This document shows, piece by piece, positions 61,323-64,000 of a DNA stretch of 64,000 bases. Each line of letters starts with the position of its first letter. Within the stretch, counting starts at the first letter, position 1. Below the pieces are notes generated by a model, which did no database searches, had not been told where the DNA came from, and saw nothing but the letters and a program-made list of their open reading frames with translations. The stretch spans positions 1-64,000 of IMG/VR virus record IMGVR_UViG_3300025785_000013, one strand, 5' to 3'. A program made the translations under genes and the position numbers. Source of the DNA: a virus.

Positions 61323-61691
61323 ATGGCCAACGCCATTCGCAGTACCCGTCAGGCTGCTACGGCAGCACCGTACGACACGGCAGAGTTCGTGTTGCCAGAG
61401 GAAATCTGGGCGTTCTACAAGGGAGCCGGGCTGCTGGAGTACCCAGTCAGCGAATCGGACAACTTCGATGGAACGTTCACCGTCACCTTGAACGGCATAG
61501 ATGCCGGGAAGATGTTGGTGGAGACAGATGCCATCCGATACCGAGAGGCGTTCTGGCTCGATGTCCCCGAAGGCTTGGAGCGACAGGCCGGAGAGACGTT
61601 TGAGATGCTGATGGCCAACGGTGTGAGCGATGCCCACGTCTTGATGTACCAAGACGATGTTGAGCGTCGCTTCCCCCGGCAGCCTGAGTAG
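61323..61691 (+). CDS. Acidic hypothetical protein
   Basis: GGGAG RBS. Confidence 0.65.
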   Translation: MANAIRSTRQAATAAPYDTAEFVLPEEIWAFYKGAGLLEYPVSESDNFDGTFTVTLNGIDAGKMLVETDAIRYREAFWLDVPEGLERQAGETFEMLMANGVSDAHVLMYQDDVERRFPRQPE

Positions 61692-61711
61692 ACGGGCGAA
61701 GCAGGGCAACG

Positions 61712-61739
61712 CTACCCCACCCCCAGCAGGGTGGGGTAG
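61712..61739 (+). terminator. Hairpin
   Basis: CTACCCCACC/GGTGGGGTAG 10-bp stem. Confidence 0.55.
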
Positions 61740-61843
61740 TAGCCCATCGCTACTTGACACGGGTTGAGTAAATCTGTGGTAGAATCAACGCACCGATACC
61801 AATACCAGTGCCGCGTGCATTGACTACAGAAAGGCAGGGAACC

Positions 61844-62776
61844 GTGAGTTCACTGTTCACCAAAGCGACCAAGGCTGAGGCTAAGGCTCGCATCGCAGTT
61901 ACCGGGCCATCGGGTTCGGGCAAGACCTACTCGTCGCTTCTTTGGGCAGAGGTTCTTGCAGACGGTGGGAAGATTGCCGTCATTGACACCGAGCGTGATT
62001 CAGCAAAGTTGTACGCTGACCGCTTCGACTTCGACGCTCTTTCGATGAGCGCGCCCTACCACCCAGACCGTCTCATTGAGGCGTTGAAGGTTGCCGAGAA
62101 CGAAGGCTACGCGGTTGTCGTGATTGACAGCCTCACGCACTTTTGGAACGGCCAAGGTGGAATCTTGGAAATCGTTGACCAAGCCGGTGCAGCAGCCAAG
62201 GGCAACAACTTCGCCGGTTGGAAGGTAGCGACCCCTATCCAGCAACGGATGGTGGATGCCATCCTCGCGTTCGACGGACACATCATCACCACGATGCGCT
62301 CCAAGACCGAGTACTCACTGGAGAAGAACGAGTACGGCAAAATCAGCCCGAAGAAGGTTGGCCTCGCTCCGCAGCAGCGTGACGGAATCGAATACGAGTA
62401 CACGCTGGTGCTGGAAATGGACACCGACCACCGAACCATCGTGGGCAAGACCCGATGCGAGGTGCTGGCCGACCAAGTGTTCAACGCTGGCAAGGCCAAG
62501 GAGGGTGCCGAGACGTTCCTGTCGTGGCTCCGAGCCGGTGACCCCATCGTGGACAGCAACGAGCGTGACCTGCTGGATGGGCGCATCCGTGCGCTCTCCC
62601 CGGAAAGCCGTCGCACCCTGAAGGCCGTGTGGTCAGACAAGGGACTGCCCAAGGTGGCAGCGATGCCCAAGTCCCGCTTCGATGAGGCGATGGACTTGGT
62701 GAACGACGTGGCCGAGGCAGCAATCGAACTGGCCGCGCTGACGAGCGAAGCGTCTTCCGAGGAAGACGAGGGCTAG
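61844..62776 (+). CDS. AAA_24 / Sak4-like ATPase (recombination)
   Basis: Walker A GPSGSGKT, IDTE, VVVIDSLTHFW, RDGIEYEY. Confidence 0.88.
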   Translation: MSSLFTKATKAEAKARIAVTGPSGSGKTYSSLLWAEVLADGGKIAVIDTERDSAKLYADRFDFDALSMSAPYHPDRLIEALKVAENEGYAVVVIDSLTHFWNGQGGILEIVDQAGAAAKGNNFAGWKVATPIQQRMVDAILAFDGHIITTMRSKTEYSLEKNEYGKISPKKVGLAPQQRDGIEYEYTLVLEMDTDHRTIVGKTRCEVLADQVFNAGKAKEGAETFLSWLRAGDPIVDSNERDLLDGRIRALSPESRRTLKAVWSDKGLPKVAAMPKSRFDEAMDLVNDVAEAAIELAALTSEASSEEDEG

Positions 62777-62944
62777 CCGTAGCCCTGTAGGGCTTCACCA
62801 GACCCGGCTAATTTGCCCCGTGTGGCGTTCAAAGTGTCGGGGGGTAGGAATTCCTGTCCCCGGCACCGAGAACGCTCACGGGGCTTCTCTGCACAGAGCG
62901 CAAAAAGACGGTATGTTCTTCGCCCCACCCGATTGGAGAACCAA

Positions 62945-63727
62945 ATGATTCGTCGGACAGCCAACCCCACCGAGAACTTCACCATCGTGACCAACGCGGC
63001 TATCTGTGATGCCGACCTGAGTTGGTCAGCCCGCGGCCTGCTCATCTACCTGCTCTCCAAGCCAGCGCACTGGTCAGTCCACGCTCGCCAACTGGCGAAA
63101 GAAAGTCCCAACGCCAAGAGGGACAAGATTTACAACCTGCTTGCCGAACTGAAATCTGCTGGGTACGTCAAGACAACGCAGGTGCGCCAAGAGGATGGCA
63201 CCCTTGGTGAATTCGACTACGAGGTCTACGACATCCCCTTTGGTTGGGAAAATGACTTGACCGGTTCCGGGTTTACCGGATACGGAGAAACCGGTAACCG
63301 GTATTTCCGACAAGAAGAAAGGATATATAGAGAGAAAGAACTGAAGATAGAAAAAGATATTGTTCATTCCAGTGAAATCCTTGAAAAATCAAGGAAAAAG
63401 CGGGAACGGCACCCCTACAGCCCAGAGTTTTTAGCAATCTGGCTCGTCTACCCGCGAAAAACAAACAAAACCACTGCTGGCAAGCAGTACGAAGCACGAA
63501 TTCGCGAGGGGATTTCACCGAGCGAACTCTTGACCGCAGCCGAAAACTACGCGCTCCTTCGCCGCAACGCTGACCCGCAGTTCACGATGATGCTTTCCAC
63601 CTTCCTTGGGCCGAACGAGCGTTGGCGGGATTACCTTCCGGGTGGCGCGGGATTGGCCGAGGGGCGACCCGGCAGTGGTGGAACCATCAACATCCTGCAA
63701 CGATTCTTGGACGGAGAAGACCATTGA
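62945..63727 (+). CDS. Replication initiator / replisome organiser (wHTH, lambda O-like)
   Basis: GGAG RBS; NFTIVTN..LSWSARGLLIYLLSKP..ELKSAGY; F..IW..YPRK..K; TFLGP..W.DY. Confidence 0.85.
   Translation: MIRRTANPTENFTIVTNAAICDADLSWSARGLLIYLLSKPAHWSVHARQLAKESPNAKRDKIYNLLAELKSAGYVKTTQVRQEDGTLGEFDYEVYDIPFGWENDLTGSGFTGYGETGNRYFRQEERIYREKELKIEKDIVHSSEILEKSRKKRERHPYSPEFLAIWLVYPRKTNKTTAGKQYEARIREGISPSELLTAAENYALLRRNADPQFTMMLSTFLGPNERWRDYLPGGAGLAEGRPGSGGTINILQRFLDGEDH
63260..63400. other. Putative replication origin inside the initiator gene
   Basis: Three 15-bp ACCGG-led iterons at 63260, 63275, 63290, then an A-rich tract. Confidence 0.5.
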
Positions 63728-64000
63728 CGAAACTAGAACTCGCCCAAGTGCTGGCCGTGCTTTCAGCAGCGTACCCAAAGTGGCAAATCACAGAAGAACT
63801 CCCAAAGGTGTACTACGAACTCCTTGGGGACATTGACGGTGAAATCGTGCAGCGAGCCACGAAGCAGTGGGCGATGACCGAGAAGTGGCCCCCGACCATT
63901 GCCGAACTCCGTTCGACGTGCGCTGAAATCTGCGGGATGCTGGCCCCAAGCCCGGAGATGGCGTGGGCTGAAGTCGCAGATGCGATTCGGACAAAAAATT
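63724..64000 (+). CDS. Helicase loader/inhibitor (SPP1 G39P-like), 3'-truncated
   Basis: TTGA overlap; MTKLELAQVLAVLSAAYP..LGDI..KWPPTIAELR..AWAEV. Confidence 0.8.
   Translation, partial: MTKLELAQVLAVLSAAYPKWQITEELPKVYYELLGDIDGEIVQRATKQWAMTEKWPPTIAELRSTCAEICGMLAPSPEMAWAEVADAIRTKN

Noticed and set aside
1-64000. Frequent GTGAAAT and GGTGGAA words as regulatory or Chi-like sites
   Set aside because: Mostly explained by Glu-Ile and Gly-Gly codon pairs and GATC avoidance; enrichment cannot be shown without counting
1-64000. tRNA/rRNA genes, integrase, transposase, introns/inteins
   Set aside because: No convincing signatures seen by eye

Overview
The window is a 64-kb slice of a tailed dsDNA siphophage genome. 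The host is probably actinobacterial: there is an Rpf-like gene, SigA-type promoters and many apparently leaderless genes. Layout: (1) 1-17.5 kb, a cluster of head-associated/cargo genes; (2) 17.5-23.4 kb, an accessory and regulatory block (Rpf-like transglycosylase, DNA methyltransferase, candidate sRNAs, LexA-like repressor, PD-(D/E)XK nuclease); (3) 23.5-26.1 kb, scaffold, decoration protein and major capsid; (4) 26.1-29.5 kb, a nucleotide-metabolism cassette; (5) 29.5-58 kb, fibre, neck and tail genes, a frameshifted chaperone, tape measure, a giant minor tail protein and a holin; (6) 58-61 kb, leftward early genes including a Gam-like gene; (7) 61.8-64 kb, AAA/Sak4-like ATPase, replication initiator and helicase loader. 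Terminase, portal, the catalytic prohead protease and an endolysin are not seen here. The most striking feature is a short peptide tag, [hydrophobic]xK-G(D/G)...GHxFxGNQ[YW]. It occurs 18 times in 10 ORFs of the first 16 kb and usually sits directly in front of a distinct module: HipA/PI3K-like kinases, a RelA/SpoT-like alarmone synthetase with an apparently fused immunity domain, ADP-ribosyltransferase-like domains, ParB/Srx, His-rich helical domains. I infer a modular, protease-processed, capsid-packaged effector-delivery system. All domain calls come from motif recognition by eye, not from database searches.
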